Part shown: one piece after another, positions 38,354 through 47,094 of the stretch
How the letters are laid out: every line of letters begins with the position of its first letter
Position numbering within the stretch: the stretch's first letter is position 1
Origin: Candidatus Aenigmatarchaeota archaeon
GTDB lineage: Archaea > Aenigmatarchaeota > Aenigmatarchaeia > JACPZZ01
NCBI GenBank assembly: GCA_043801595.1
Contig: JAZDLW010000021.1
Coordinates: forward strand, 1 to 64,000
Length of the DNA: 64,000 bases
Direction: 5' to 3'
Translations under genes and position numbers: made by a program
The notes under the pieces: model-generated
Told to the model about the DNA's origin: nothing
The model's database searches: none
Seen by the model: only the letters and a program-made list of their open reading frames with translations

Positions 38354-39510
38354 TAAATGAGTTTCAGCAATGTTGGCCCGAATATGCTGAACAGGAACAA
38401 CGCAAATATCACGACAGTCGCGATATTGGCAGCGCTTTTCGCGTGTTTTGGCGAAACGTACTCGAAAAGCGTTTCAAATATCAATCCGCCGTCAAACGGT
38501 TTCCAAGGTAACAGATTAACGAGCGCGATCGCCAGCGCAAAATAAATCAGCATTGACACATAACTGAACACTGCCGATACGGAACTTATACCAAGGTAAT
38601 TTGTCTTTGTGATAACCGGTCCTGCTGTTGTAACGCCTATGAACGGCTTGGAAAAATTCTGCGAGCTGCGCGCAAGCGACAGCGCAAACGTGGCGTTTTC
38701 TGTTGTTATTGTTATGTTATCGCCCGGTTTAGATCCGGAAAGCGCATCGCCTATCGGGTTTCGCGAATTCTTGTCAAGCGCAATGCCGTTGATACCGAGT
38801 ATTGTCATGTTGGGTGCTATTCCCGCAAACCTGGCTGGCGAATCTTCGGTAGTATTGTACACTTTCATGCCTACGCCGGCAATAACCAGCGGCTGGAAGA
38901 TGAAATTTAACATTGCGAACAGTACGACCGCAGTGAGTATGTTCGCAAACGCGCCGGCGGAATACACTTTTAACCTGTCCAATTTCTTTGCCCTGGCGAG
39001 TATTTTCTCGTTTGGTTCAACAAACGCGCCCGGAAAGATCAGCAACAAAAGCAATCCGACGGATTTCAAAGGAACTTTTACAGTCCTTGCGAGTATGCCA
39101 TGAAATACCTCGTGCGGGACCAGCAGAATTGTTATCAGTATAAGCCAAAACCAAAGCGGAAGGAAAAAGACCAAACCGCCAAAACCTATCTGCTGTTCCG
39201 AGGAAAGCGATGGAAGCATTACCGCAACCGCCGGAGTTTTCTGTTCGCCGGATAGAACTGTTCCGGATACGACTGCCATGAGTACGGCGCCAGCAACCAT
39301 GAACAAAATCGCGGTCGGAATCGCCAAAAGCCCGACAAAGTTCCAAAATTTCGGGGCTGATTTGGCAATGGAATTTATGAGCCTGATGCCCCTTTTTGTC
39401 CTTCTGAGAAGCAGGATGTTTTTAAATTCTATGTTCTTCCTGTCAGTGTAAACGAGTATTGCCATGATAACGAAGAACGCGATTGCGGACGAAGTGAGCA
39501 GGTCGATCAT
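38353..39510 (-). CDS. Site-2 protease (M50) with PDZ domain
   Basis: HEVFH, GAFVEP, SAG.FAN, SPARFAGI (PDZ), NLLPWKPFDGG. Confidence 0.92.
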   Translation of the reverse strand: MIDLLTSSAIAFFVIMAILVYTDRKNIEFKNILLLRRTKRGIRLINSIAKSAPKFWNFVGLLAIPTAILFMVAGAVLMAVVSGTVLSGEQKTPAVAVMLPSLSSEQQIGFGGLVFFLPLWFWLILITILLVPHEVFHGILARTVKVPLKSVGLLLLLIFPGAFVEPNEKILARAKKLDRLKVYSAGAFANILTAVVLFAMLNFIFQPLVIAGVGMKVYNTTEDSPARFAGIAPNMTILGINGIALDKNSRNPIGDALSGSKPGDNITITTENATFALSLARSSQNFSKPFIGVTTAGPVITKTNYLGISSVSAVFSYVSMLIYFALAIALVNLLPWKPFDGGLIFETLFEYVSPKHAKSAANIATVVIFALFLFSIFGPTLLKLI

Positions 39511-39572
39511 ACCTTATAACTAAGGATGATTTATTTAAATAACGAGCATGCTTTGATTAAATTGGTGCGTAT

Positions 39573-41198
39573 ATGTTAAAGGAAAAATCGCTGTTCTGGG
39601 CAGACCAATTCGCTGCAAAGGTCGTAAACAGGGAAGAAATACTGCAACGCGGAATAAAAAACCTGCGCGTCGAGTCGGGTTTGGGGGCGAGCGGGATACC
39701 GCACATAGGAAGCTTCGGCGATGTGATGCGGGCGTATGCTGTCAAGCTTGCACTGGAGGATATAGGAAAGAAATCCGAATTAATCGCGTATTCCGACGAC
39801 CGTGATGGATTGCGAAAAGTTCCGTCTGGTTTTGACAGTTCGCTTGAAAAGTTTATAGGAATGCCTGTCACAAGCATACCTGATCCGTTCAAATGCCACA
39901 GTTCATACGGCGGGCACATGAGCTCGATACTCATTGATGCTATGGAGCGGGTTGGAGTAGAATACACGTTCAAATCCGCCACAGACGTTTACAAGAGCGG
40001 CGCTCTCGACGAGCAAATCGGCAAGATACTCGCGGACTACAAAAAAATCGGGCAAATAATCCGTGAAGCAGTCGGGCAGGAAAAATTCGTAGACGCGTAT
40101 CCATACTATCCAGTGTGCGAGAAATGCGGACGGATCTACACAACGCGCGTCACGGAAGTTTTAGAAAAGGAGAAAAAAGTAAGATACGTTTGCGACCAGG
40201 AGTTCAAGGGAAAAAACCAGATAACAGGCAATCCCGTGATCATAGCAGGATGCGGGCACGAAGGTGAAGTTTCTTATTCAAAAGCCGGCGGCAAGCTTGC
40301 CTGGAAAGTCGAATTCGCGGCGCGATGGGACGCATTAAAGATTGTCTTCGAGGCGATAGGCAAGGATATCCGCGATTCTGTTGCGATAAACGACATAATA
40401 AGCAAAGAAATATTGCTGTTCGATCCGCCTATCCACATGATGTACGAGCTCTTCCTCGAAAGCGGGGGCAAGAAGATATCGAAATCCGTCGGCAATGTTT
40501 TCACAGCCCAGGACTGGCTGAGGTACGGATCTAAAAAATCGCTCGCATTGCTGATGTTCAAACGCGCGACCGGAACCAGAGAACTGTCCCCGGAGGATAT
40601 TCCGAAATACATGAACGAAGTTGATGAGTTAGACAGAGTCTACTTCAACGAGAAGAAATTAACGAATGAAAAAGACGCCATGCAATCGAAAAGGCTTTAC
40701 GAATTCGTGAATTTCATGAAACCCAAAAAAGAACCAACTCTTCGGATAAATTATGAAATACTCGCCAACCTTACAAAGATACTTCCGATAAAACAAGACG
40801 ACAAGATAAAGGTGATTGCGGAACTGCTCGAACAGACCGGCCACATAGACAAGGCGAACAAAGAACTGGCTGAGAGAATCGTTTACGCAACGAATTGGAT
40901 AAGCGTGATGAAAGACGAGATAAAACCAACGAAAATAGACCTAAACGCAAAAGAAGGGGCGGCGTTAACCGAATTCGCCAACAAACTTGCAAAGGGAATG
41001 GGTTCGGATGCTGCACAGAGTTTGGCATTTGAAACTGCCAAGAAAAACGGGATAGAGACAGCAAAATTTTTCAAAATCCTTTACGTTGCGATACTAGGAA
41101 TAGAACGGGGGCCGAAGATTGGAAAGTTAACGAGCATACTCGGCGAAGACCATACGGCCAAATTAATCAGGGAATATGCAGCTAACAACTACATGTAG
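39573..41198 (+). CDS. lysS: Lysyl-tRNA synthetase, class I
   Basis: SGIPHIGS, DGLRKVP, GKLAWKVEFAARW, KISKS, RGPK. Confidence 0.96.
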   Translation: MLKEKSLFWADQFAAKVVNREEILQRGIKNLRVESGLGASGIPHIGSFGDVMRAYAVKLALEDIGKKSELIAYSDDRDGLRKVPSGFDSSLEKFIGMPVTSIPDPFKCHSSYGGHMSSILIDAMERVGVEYTFKSATDVYKSGALDEQIGKILADYKKIGQIIREAVGQEKFVDAYPYYPVCEKCGRIYTTRVTEVLEKEKKVRYVCDQEFKGKNQITGNPVIIAGCGHEGEVSYSKAGGKLAWKVEFAARWDALKIVFEAIGKDIRDSVAINDIISKEILLFDPPIHMMYELFLESGGKKISKSVGNVFTAQDWLRYGSKKSLALLMFKRATGTRELSPEDIPKYMNEVDELDRVYFNEKKLTNEKDAMQSKRLYEFVNFMKPKKEPTLRINYEILANLTKILPIKQDDKIKVIAELLEQTGHIDKANKELAERIVYATNWISVMKDEIKPTKIDLNAKEGAALTEFANKLAKGMGSDAAQSLAFETAKKNGIETAKFFKILYVAILGIERGPKIGKLTSILGEDHTAKLIREYAANNYM

Positions 41199-41809
41199 CG
41201 TTTTTCCCATTCGCGCATAATTTCCTCGCTTATTTCTATTTTGTATTTTCTTTCCGGATTTTCGGCGAATTTTCTAAGAAATATTATTGTATAAACGATG
41301 CCGAATAACATTCCGAAAAGATGGCCGGCATTCGCAATATCCGACGGAATAAAAAAACCTATCATATCCGCGGCTGCCCAGACGAATAACGCAACAATCA
41401 TCGGCATCGGAATATATCCGACCCAGACAACGAGTCTCGGTCGCAGCAAAGCCAGCGACGCCATTGCACCGAATATCGCGCCTGACGCGCCGATAACGGA
41501 ATTGTAAAAGAAAACGCTGGCGAGCCCGCTTACAAATCCGGAAGCGAAATAAACTTTCAGAAAATTCTTTGATCCTATTGTCTTCTCGAGTATCAGACAA
41601 AAAACAAGCAGAGCGAACATGTTTGAAATGAAATGCTGCAGGTTCGCATGCAAAAACATGTACGTGACAAGCGTCCAGGGACGCTGCAACACCAGCTGCG
41701 AATCCAACGAGAACAGATCCGTGAACGACGGGAACAAATTCTGGATAATGAAAACGATCGAACAAACCGCGAATATCTTTACCGCGTCAAACTTGAATTC
41801 AGGTTCCAT
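41189..41809 (-). CDS. Rhomboid intramembrane serine protease
   Basis: PWTLVTYMFLH, HFISNM, GASGA, AGHLFG. Confidence 0.93.
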   Translation of the reverse strand: MEPEFKFDAVKIFAVCSIVFIIQNLFPSFTDLFSLDSQLVLQRPWTLVTYMFLHANLQHFISNMFALLVFCLILEKTIGSKNFLKVYFASGFVSGLASVFFYNSVIGASGAIFGAMASLALLRPRLVVWVGYIPMPMIVALFVWAAADMIGFFIPSDIANAGHLFGMLFGIVYTIIFLRKFAENPERKYKIEISEEIMREWEKRYM

Positions 41810-41838
41810 AACAAAATATCGATTACTCGAAATTTAAC

Positions 41839-42690
41839 CTAGAATATCACTATCAGCGCGCTTCCTGCGATCATCAGAACAGCGCCGGCCAGACGAATAC
41901 CCAGATCTTTTTCCTTGTGGACAAAATAACCGCCGAACACAGCTATCACAGTGGACAGTTGAAGCACGGGAAACACATTACTGACGTCTGTGATCAGATA
42001 CGCGGATAATTGGAAATAATATGACAATACGGTGATAACAGAAACTACAATCACCCAAAACATCTTTCTAGAAACCAAGCTTTTTATCTCTTTTTTATTT
42101 TTCAATGCCATAGGGGTTAGATAAACCGCAGGCACAAAATACATTAAAAATCCGTATAATGCGGGCAGAAAATACGCTACGGCAACTTTATCGACGACTG
42201 CAACGAACCCGCTTAAAATCGCTGTGAGTAATGTCAATCTTACGCCTTCATGCAAGAGCTTCCCGAATATTTTTCCTTTATGGAACGTCAGGATTACCAA
42301 GCCTGAAAATATGACCAACACTCCTGCCAGTTTTGTTACGCTCATAGGCTCCTGCAGAATCAACGCGGAAAACAACAACAAAAATAAAACGTCCGTCCTT
42401 GCAATAGGATCTCTAAGCGAAACCTGCGTGTAACGGTAAGATTTGAATCCCACCACACCGATAACGGTCCAAACAAAAGCAGCGAACAGCATCAACGCCC
42501 ATGCATAAGGATCACTTGGAATCTTGATTCCGGTAACCAGCATAGGCAGGTAAAATATTCCGGCAATCAGACTGAAAAGCCATGTGTAGGCTACATGACC
42601 TTCTTTCTTCATCACGTGTCTGTGAATTAATCTTTCAATCCCCAGTAAAAAAGCCGCAACCAATGCGAAAATTACCCAGTCAGCGACCAT
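41839..42690 (-). CDS. EamA/DMT-family transporter
   Basis: About 10 TM segments in two EamA repeats. Confidence 0.85.
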   Translation of the reverse strand: MVADWVIFALVAAFLLGIERLIHRHVMKKEGHVAYTWLFSLIAGIFYLPMLVTGIKIPSDPYAWALMLFAAFVWTVIGVVGFKSYRYTQVSLRDPIARTDVLFLLLFSALILQEPMSVTKLAGVLVIFSGLVILTFHKGKIFGKLLHEGVRLTLLTAILSGFVAVVDKVAVAYFLPALYGFLMYFVPAVYLTPMALKNKKEIKSLVSRKMFWVIVVSVITVLSYYFQLSAYLITDVSNVFPVLQLSTVIAVFGGYFVHKEKDLGIRLAGAVLMIAGSALIVIF

Positions 42691-42692
42691 TG

Positions 42693-43280
42693 TTATCCAC
42701 GCGTAACCTTGAACATGATTCCATGGCCGGGAATGACGAAATCCGCGATTTCCAAAACTTTTTTCCTGCTTTCTAGCAATGCAGCCTCGTCCTTAACATA
42801 CGGATCCTTGCGGTTAATCAGGCTGTCGTAATCGGTTTTTTGTTCTTCATTGTCGTACCACCACCACAAATCGCCGGCTATGACTATTTTTCCTTCGATT
42901 GTTTCGACCAGCAGGGATGCATGCTCGTGGGCGTGGCCGGGCGTTTGCATTACGGTTATGTCCGTGTCCGGAATCTTTTCAGAAAAGGGAAATTCCTCGT
43001 CGCCCTTGTAGATCGTATCGTTGTCCAGCACCATTTTTTCTGGGAACAGCTTCAAATTGAGAATATGGTCCAGATGATAATGCGTTAAGAAAATCATGTC
43101 AATGTCCTCGGGTTTTAATTTGGCATCAGCCAACGATTCGAGAAGCGAAGTTTTATTGGCGCCAGGATCTGCGATAATCTTCAGACCGTTGTCGATTATC
43201 AGTACGGTGGACGGCGACGCGATTGTAACGCTGCCTTCCTTTCTTGCGTAACCCTTTACCAGAACTTTTATCTCTGCCAT
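42693..43280 (-). CDS. Metallo-beta-lactamase-fold hydrolase
   Basis: DPG, THYHLDH, TPGH, IAGD, IPGHG. Confidence 0.9.
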   Translation of the reverse strand: MAEIKVLVKGYARKEGSVTIASPSTVLIIDNGLKIIADPGANKTSLLESLADAKLKPEDIDMIFLTHYHLDHILNLKLFPEKMVLDNDTIYKGDEEFPFSEKIPDTDITVMQTPGHAHEHASLLVETIEGKIVIAGDLWWWYDNEEQKTDYDSLINRKDPYVKDEAALLESRKKVLEIADFVIPGHGIMFKVTRG

Positions 43281-43367
43281 TGGCGCCCAATTAATATTAA
43301 CGAAACCAAGCTTAATATGACGCTTCCCGTGATAGCTACTGTTGTCTTAGTTGTTAAGAAAAATTAA

Positions 43368-43502
43368 TGCGGGAGGTGAGATTTGAACTCACGAAGAGAC
43401 TAATGTGCGGCCGTTTCTTTCCCTTAAGGCTTTCTTCGGAAAGAAAGGCTTACTCACAGACCCCTCAAGCCTGCGCATTTAACCGAGCTTTGCTACCCCC
43501 GC
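43368..43502 (-). tRNA. tRNA-Leu (GAG) with ~51-nt intron in the variable arm (about 43402-43452)
   Basis: Acceptor GCGGGGG/CTCCCGC; anticodon arm CAGGC-TTGAGGG-GTCTG; T arm GTGAG-TTCAAAT-CTCAC; 135 nt total; TGTG/CACA helix with AGT and TTA bulges. Confidence 0.88.
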
Positions 43503-43507
43503 GATTA

Positions 43508-43637
43508 CAGACAAAACAGGTGCTATTTTGTATGCACCTGTTTCAATTTACCACTCCTCCCTATTTTGCAGTCATGCTTTAAGAATGTATTCCAGACTAA
43601 AGCGGATGCTATTTTGTATGGCATCTGCTTCAATTTA
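43508..43637. repeat. Tandem ~44-nt hairpin repeat with compensatory stem changes
   Basis: AAACAGGTGC-TATTTTGTAT-GCACCTGTTT and AAGCGGATGC-TATTTTGTATG-GCATCTGCTT, each flanked by CAGAC and CAATTTA. Confidence 0.8.
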
Positions 43638-43688
43638 TGACTATGCCTAAGCAAGTAAAAAATAAAAAAGAAAAAGATTTTTATGAAC

Positions 43689-43859
43689 CTAAAGGTCTAC
43701 TGGCCTCAACGTCGAACGACCGTTTCCCTTTGCCCTTTCAGAAGCTTTTTTGATCTTGCCTGCGACAACATTGTCGAGAGCTTCGAAGAAATCACCAGAG
43801 CATCTCATGCCCTTTGCTGCTTCCTTCACTTTGCTACGAACAACCAACGCCATTTTCAT
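43689..43859 (-). CDS. Short histone-fold protein, DUF1931-like (not in ORF track)
   Basis: MKMALVVRSKVKEAAKGMRCSGDFFEALDNVVAGKIKKASERAKGNGRSTLRPVDL; R-x-T-x-x-x-x-D histone motif; GGGGTGA SD; T-rich terminator. Confidence 0.88.
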   Translation of the reverse strand: MKMALVVRSKVKEAAKGMRCSGDFFEALDNVVAGKIKKASERAKGNGRSTLRPVDL

Positions 43860-43920
43860 CGTCACCCCCGGATTTATGGACTTTCATTAACCGCGTTTCA
43901 TGGCAAATTATCGAATTTTC

Positions 43921-43949
43921 CATGCACGGAAAGCAAAAGCTTTCCGTTG
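43921..43949 (-). repeat. Family-2 palindromic repeat, single unit
   Basis: Reverse complement CAACGGAAAGC-TTTT-GCTTTCCGTGCATG matches CAACGGAAACC-ATC-GGTTTCCGTGCATG at 38264-38291. Confidence 0.7.
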
Positions 43950-44105
43950 CTACGGGCTAAAACCCGTAAATTTTGGCTATTCATTATATGATTTTTGTTT
44001 ATAAATGTATTGGATCATCCAGCTGCAAATGCTTGCCAAGCCAACGGCTACGAACAAAGTATCAAATAATTAAATTGATTTGTTCCGCCTGAAAATACCC
44101 GACAA

Positions 44106-45236
44106 TCAAAACCAGCCGATACTGTAAATCGCCTCTCCCAAACCATTCCTGCTAACAAGAGACACCCAGTCAACGAACATCTTATTCCTGATCACAACAA
44201 CTCCGCTATTGGGAAAATTCGTTGTGACATCATTGTTATATTCGGTTATACTGACCGTATTATTATCAAACGGCTGGGATATGACCATGCCCCCCAAGGA
44301 GACGTTCTCGAGTATCAAGCGGCCGTTATACCTGACTGCAACGGAATATACCCATTCATTGCTTGTTTCATTAAAGTACCGTTCTGTCCTGTCTTCGTTT
44401 ATACCGATTTCGACTGCTTGCCCGACCACAACTGACGGATGATGCAAATTCGGATTTGTTACCATCTGCGGCGGAAGCGCAACCATCAAAACCACAGGCA
44501 AAATAAGAATCGCAGCACACGTCTTTGCTGTAAAAATCTTCGCCATTATCTTCTCTATCTTCTTGATACCGGACAATGCGCTACAAAGCAACATGACAAC
44601 GCCCGAGAACATCACAGTGGAATAAAACATCCAGTATACGTCATAACCCAACGGACCGAAGTACGGCGGGTTTTTCATGGCTTCGGTAAAAACCTGGGAA
44701 AAATGTATCGGCGACATTTGACCGCCAATTGCCGGAAACCAGAAATACCACAGCACAAGGAAAAACAACGACGCGATTAAATTCCGTTTTTCCTTCAGCA
44801 TGTAGACAGATAAAGCGATATACGGAATTAACACAATCAATCCGAAAAGCATGAGAGGACTGTGTGAAAACACAAGCAGCCCGATTGCCAGAAGCGTTGC
44901 GATCCCGTAAATTTTACGTGCCTGCTGTTCCCATTTTGGCAGCAACGATGCGGGCTTCTTTTTGTGGGGAGACGCGATGTATACGAAGATACCGGACAAC
45001 AATAGAGCTGGCGAGGCCGCGAAGCATAGCGCCTGACCAATCTGATATTGGATGCTCTCGACCGGATTGAGAAGTGTATTCGCGAGGAAGAGTCCGCTTA
45101 GAACGAACAATATCGGAACCGCAATAAATATAGCGGCAGCCTTTCGTCTGGTGAATTTTCCATCCTTCCTAGCTTTGATGAGCGCTATGAGTATCAGTGC
45201 GACTGCGATGATCGAAAATAACGGCCACAGCTCCAC
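44106..45236 (-). CDS. Multi-TM hypothetical protein with extracellular C-terminal domain
   Basis: 376-aa ORF with many hydrophobic helices. Confidence 0.7.
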   Translation of the reverse strand: MELWPLFSIIAVALILIALIKARKDGKFTRRKAAAIFIAVPILFVLSGLFLANTLLNPVESIQYQIGQALCFAASPALLLSGIFVYIASPHKKKPASLLPKWEQQARKIYGIATLLAIGLLVFSHSPLMLFGLIVLIPYIALSVYMLKEKRNLIASLFFLVLWYFWFPAIGGQMSPIHFSQVFTEAMKNPPYFGPLGYDVYWMFYSTVMFSGVVMLLCSALSGIKKIEKIMAKIFTAKTCAAILILPVVLMVALPPQMVTNPNLHHPSVVVGQAVEIGINEDRTERYFNETSNEWVYSVAVRYNGRLILENVSLGGMVISQPFDNNTVSITEYNNDVTTNFPNSGVVVIRNKMFVDWVSLVSRNGLGEAIYSIGWF

Positions 45237-45258
45237 GATTATTATTCTATTTGCCTGA

Positions 45259-46107
45259 TTATAAAATCAAATAAAATTCACGGTTATGAAAATGTGCTCC
45301 CAACGGGATTTGAACCCATGTTTTCGGCCTGAGAAGCCGTTGTCCTTGACCGGACTGGACGATGGGAGCGGTTTTATTCCCGCGAATAATTTCTATACCC
45401 TTTAGAAGTATATCATTCTTTTTATAGCCATTGTATTTCTTGCTTCTGCACACTTTGACGCCTTCCGGACAGAACCCTCCCATATCATAGAATTTTTTGA
45501 TGGTACTGGTGGATTTGGTCTCTAATCCATGAATTCCACTCCACGTATACCTATCCTTTTCGATTTTGAATTCCAAATCTATTGATTTTGCCAATTCGAG
45601 CCACTCCTTCGCCAATAACGGATGAGCGCACGCCAGACCTAAGCGAGGCTCCCTGTCCCATAAGAGTGTTATGTAGCCATCACAACTCATGGCTATTCTG
45701 AAAAATAATTCCCTGACTTCCCTAGAACAATCCATTACCGACTTTATGGTGGGTTTAGAAGACGACAGAAAATCTTCGGCGCTCTCATTTTTCTTGGGTT
45801 TCTTCCTGAAAGAAGGCGACAATTGAAAAAGTGTTTTAACTATCTCAGTTTTAGCCCATCGTTGATAACAAGTTGCGTTTACCGTGTTCCCGTAAGAAGC
45901 GAAATACCACGTGGGTTTTTCTATTCCAAAACCCTTCTTGGCGAACAGTACAAAAAGATCGTGTATACTTTTATCATATCCGCATATTCTTATCAAATAA
46001 TGCTTTCTTTTCCTGATGTACGATACCGAACCATCGGTCATTAGAAAACTTAGCAAAAGTATTTTCGCGTCATCTGAACACACGTCATATTCGTTAAAAG
46101 CATTCAT
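45259..46107 (-). CDS. Free-standing two-motif LAGLIDADG-like protein whose 3' end overlaps tRNA-Glu
   Basis: LLLSFLMTDGSV and FFRIAMSCDGYI helices; no stop codon before the tRNA. Confidence 0.72.
   Translation of the reverse strand: MNAFNEYDVCSDDAKILLLSFLMTDGSVSYIRKRKHYLIRICGYDKSIHDLFVLFAKKGFGIEKPTWYFASYGNTVNATCYQRWAKTEIVKTLFQLSPSFRKKPKKNESAEDFLSSSKPTIKSVMDCSREVRELFFRIAMSCDGYITLLWDREPRLGLACAHPLLAKEWLELAKSIDLEFKIEKDRYTWSGIHGLETKSTSTIKKFYDMGGFCPEGVKVCRSKKYNGYKKNDILLKGIEIIRGNKTAPIVQSGQGQRLLRPKTWVQIPLGAHFHNREFYLIL
45295..45369 (-). tRNA. tRNA-Glu (CTC)
   Basis: GCTCCCA/TGGGAGC acceptor; CGGC-TTCTCAG-GCCG anticodon arm; GGGTTCAAATCCC T arm. Confidence 0.92.
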
Positions 46108-46226
46108 CAGAACCAACTAAAACTAACACATAACGATGTTTGGTTAAATAATATCCGTACTGTAATGTTCCGATAATAACCTCATAACCACTTTTTAAGC
46201 TAAAAATGCTCAATATGTTTGCTGGA

Positions 46227-46316
46227 GGGGGGATGGTCCAGTCTGGTCTACGACGTAGCCTTGGGGTTTGTTTAGACAAAATGGCTATAACCCGTGTTCA
46301 AATCACGGTCCTCCCA
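46227..46316 (+). tRNA. tRNA-Pro (GGG) with ~15-nt intron at 37/38
   Basis: GGGGGGA/TCCTCCC acceptor; TAGCC/GGCTA anticodon stem; loop TTGGGG[TTTGTTTAGACAAAA]T; CCGTG-TTCAAAT-CACGG T arm. Confidence 0.85.
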
Positions 46317-46368
46317 TCCAATAAAAATTCGTAGATATTAATAAATACCTAGCCAACAAAATATTATT

Positions 46369-47037
46369 ATGAAAACACTTGGAAGCGGCGTTTATGATAC
46401 CATAAAACGAAAAGTGGACGATTCAAAATATGTAAGAATAATCACTCGTGCGGGTAGGTATCTAAAAGATGGATTTACTGAAATTGAAAATGGTGAAAAG
46501 GCATTTTCTACTGAGAATAGTATTATTCCGTTGACAAATGGAATCTATGAAGGGGACAGATTATTAAAATTAGCAAAGGCAGAAACCTACAAAGCAACGC
46601 AGGAATTGAAAAAACACACTCCGGGTACAAAAACGGACAAAGAAGCTAGATACCAGTTACTTCTATCAAAAGAGAAATCTCTTGCCGCTTTATTGGCTGA
46701 TAAAGCAATTAAGCTTGCAGGATGGCATATCAAAAACGTCGAATCGAGCATCAAATCAGGGGACAATGATACAGATCAAAAGTATAAAAGAGATTGTTAC
46801 GAGTGGGCCAATGCATCGCTATCAAGTGCAAATGCTACCGTAAATTATTTTAAAGACCATGCAGAATCTTCGAATGACAAATCCATGAAAAATAATTTTG
46901 AGGAACAGAAAACAAAATTACGGTTTTTAAATAAAGAATTAAACCAGAGGTTTGCGAAGCTTCCACCAAAAAAACGCAGTCTACTCGATGATGTTACATC
47001 TCACAATTCTGGTGGTAGATGGGGCTTTGATCGCTAA
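46369..47037 (+). CDS. Hypothetical helical protein (AT-rich)
   Basis: 222-aa ATG-started ORF downstream of tRNA-Pro. Confidence 0.65.
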   Translation: MKTLGSGVYDTIKRKVDDSKYVRIITRAGRYLKDGFTEIENGEKAFSTENSIIPLTNGIYEGDRLLKLAKAETYKATQELKKHTPGTKTDKEARYQLLLSKEKSLAALLADKAIKLAGWHIKNVESSIKSGDNDTDQKYKRDCYEWANASLSSANATVNYFKDHAESSNDKSMKNNFEEQKTKLRFLNKELNQRFAKLPPKKRSLLDDVTSHNSGGRWGFDR

Positions 47038-47094
47038 TCTGCACTTTTAGTCGTCAAATTTGAGTTAAATAAAACGCTATCAAGATACGTTGAT

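Noticed and set aside
43508..43637. Mini CRISPR array (two repeats, about 42-nt spacer, GTTTCAAT/ATTGAAAC substring)
   Set aside because: Only two units, which differ by compensatory changes; ATTGAAAC is not at the repeat 3' end; no cas genes in the window. Kept as a structured-motif finding instead.
43367..43991. Plus-strand ORFs 43367-43582 and 43683-43991
   Set aside because: Antisense shadows of tRNA-Leu and the histone gene.
23798..47037. Shared N-terminal export motif among orphan ORFs (KPGFWSRV, KPGVFNKV, GSGVYDTI, KNAFSKT)
   Set aside because: Similarity outside the paralog pair is too weak to support by eye.
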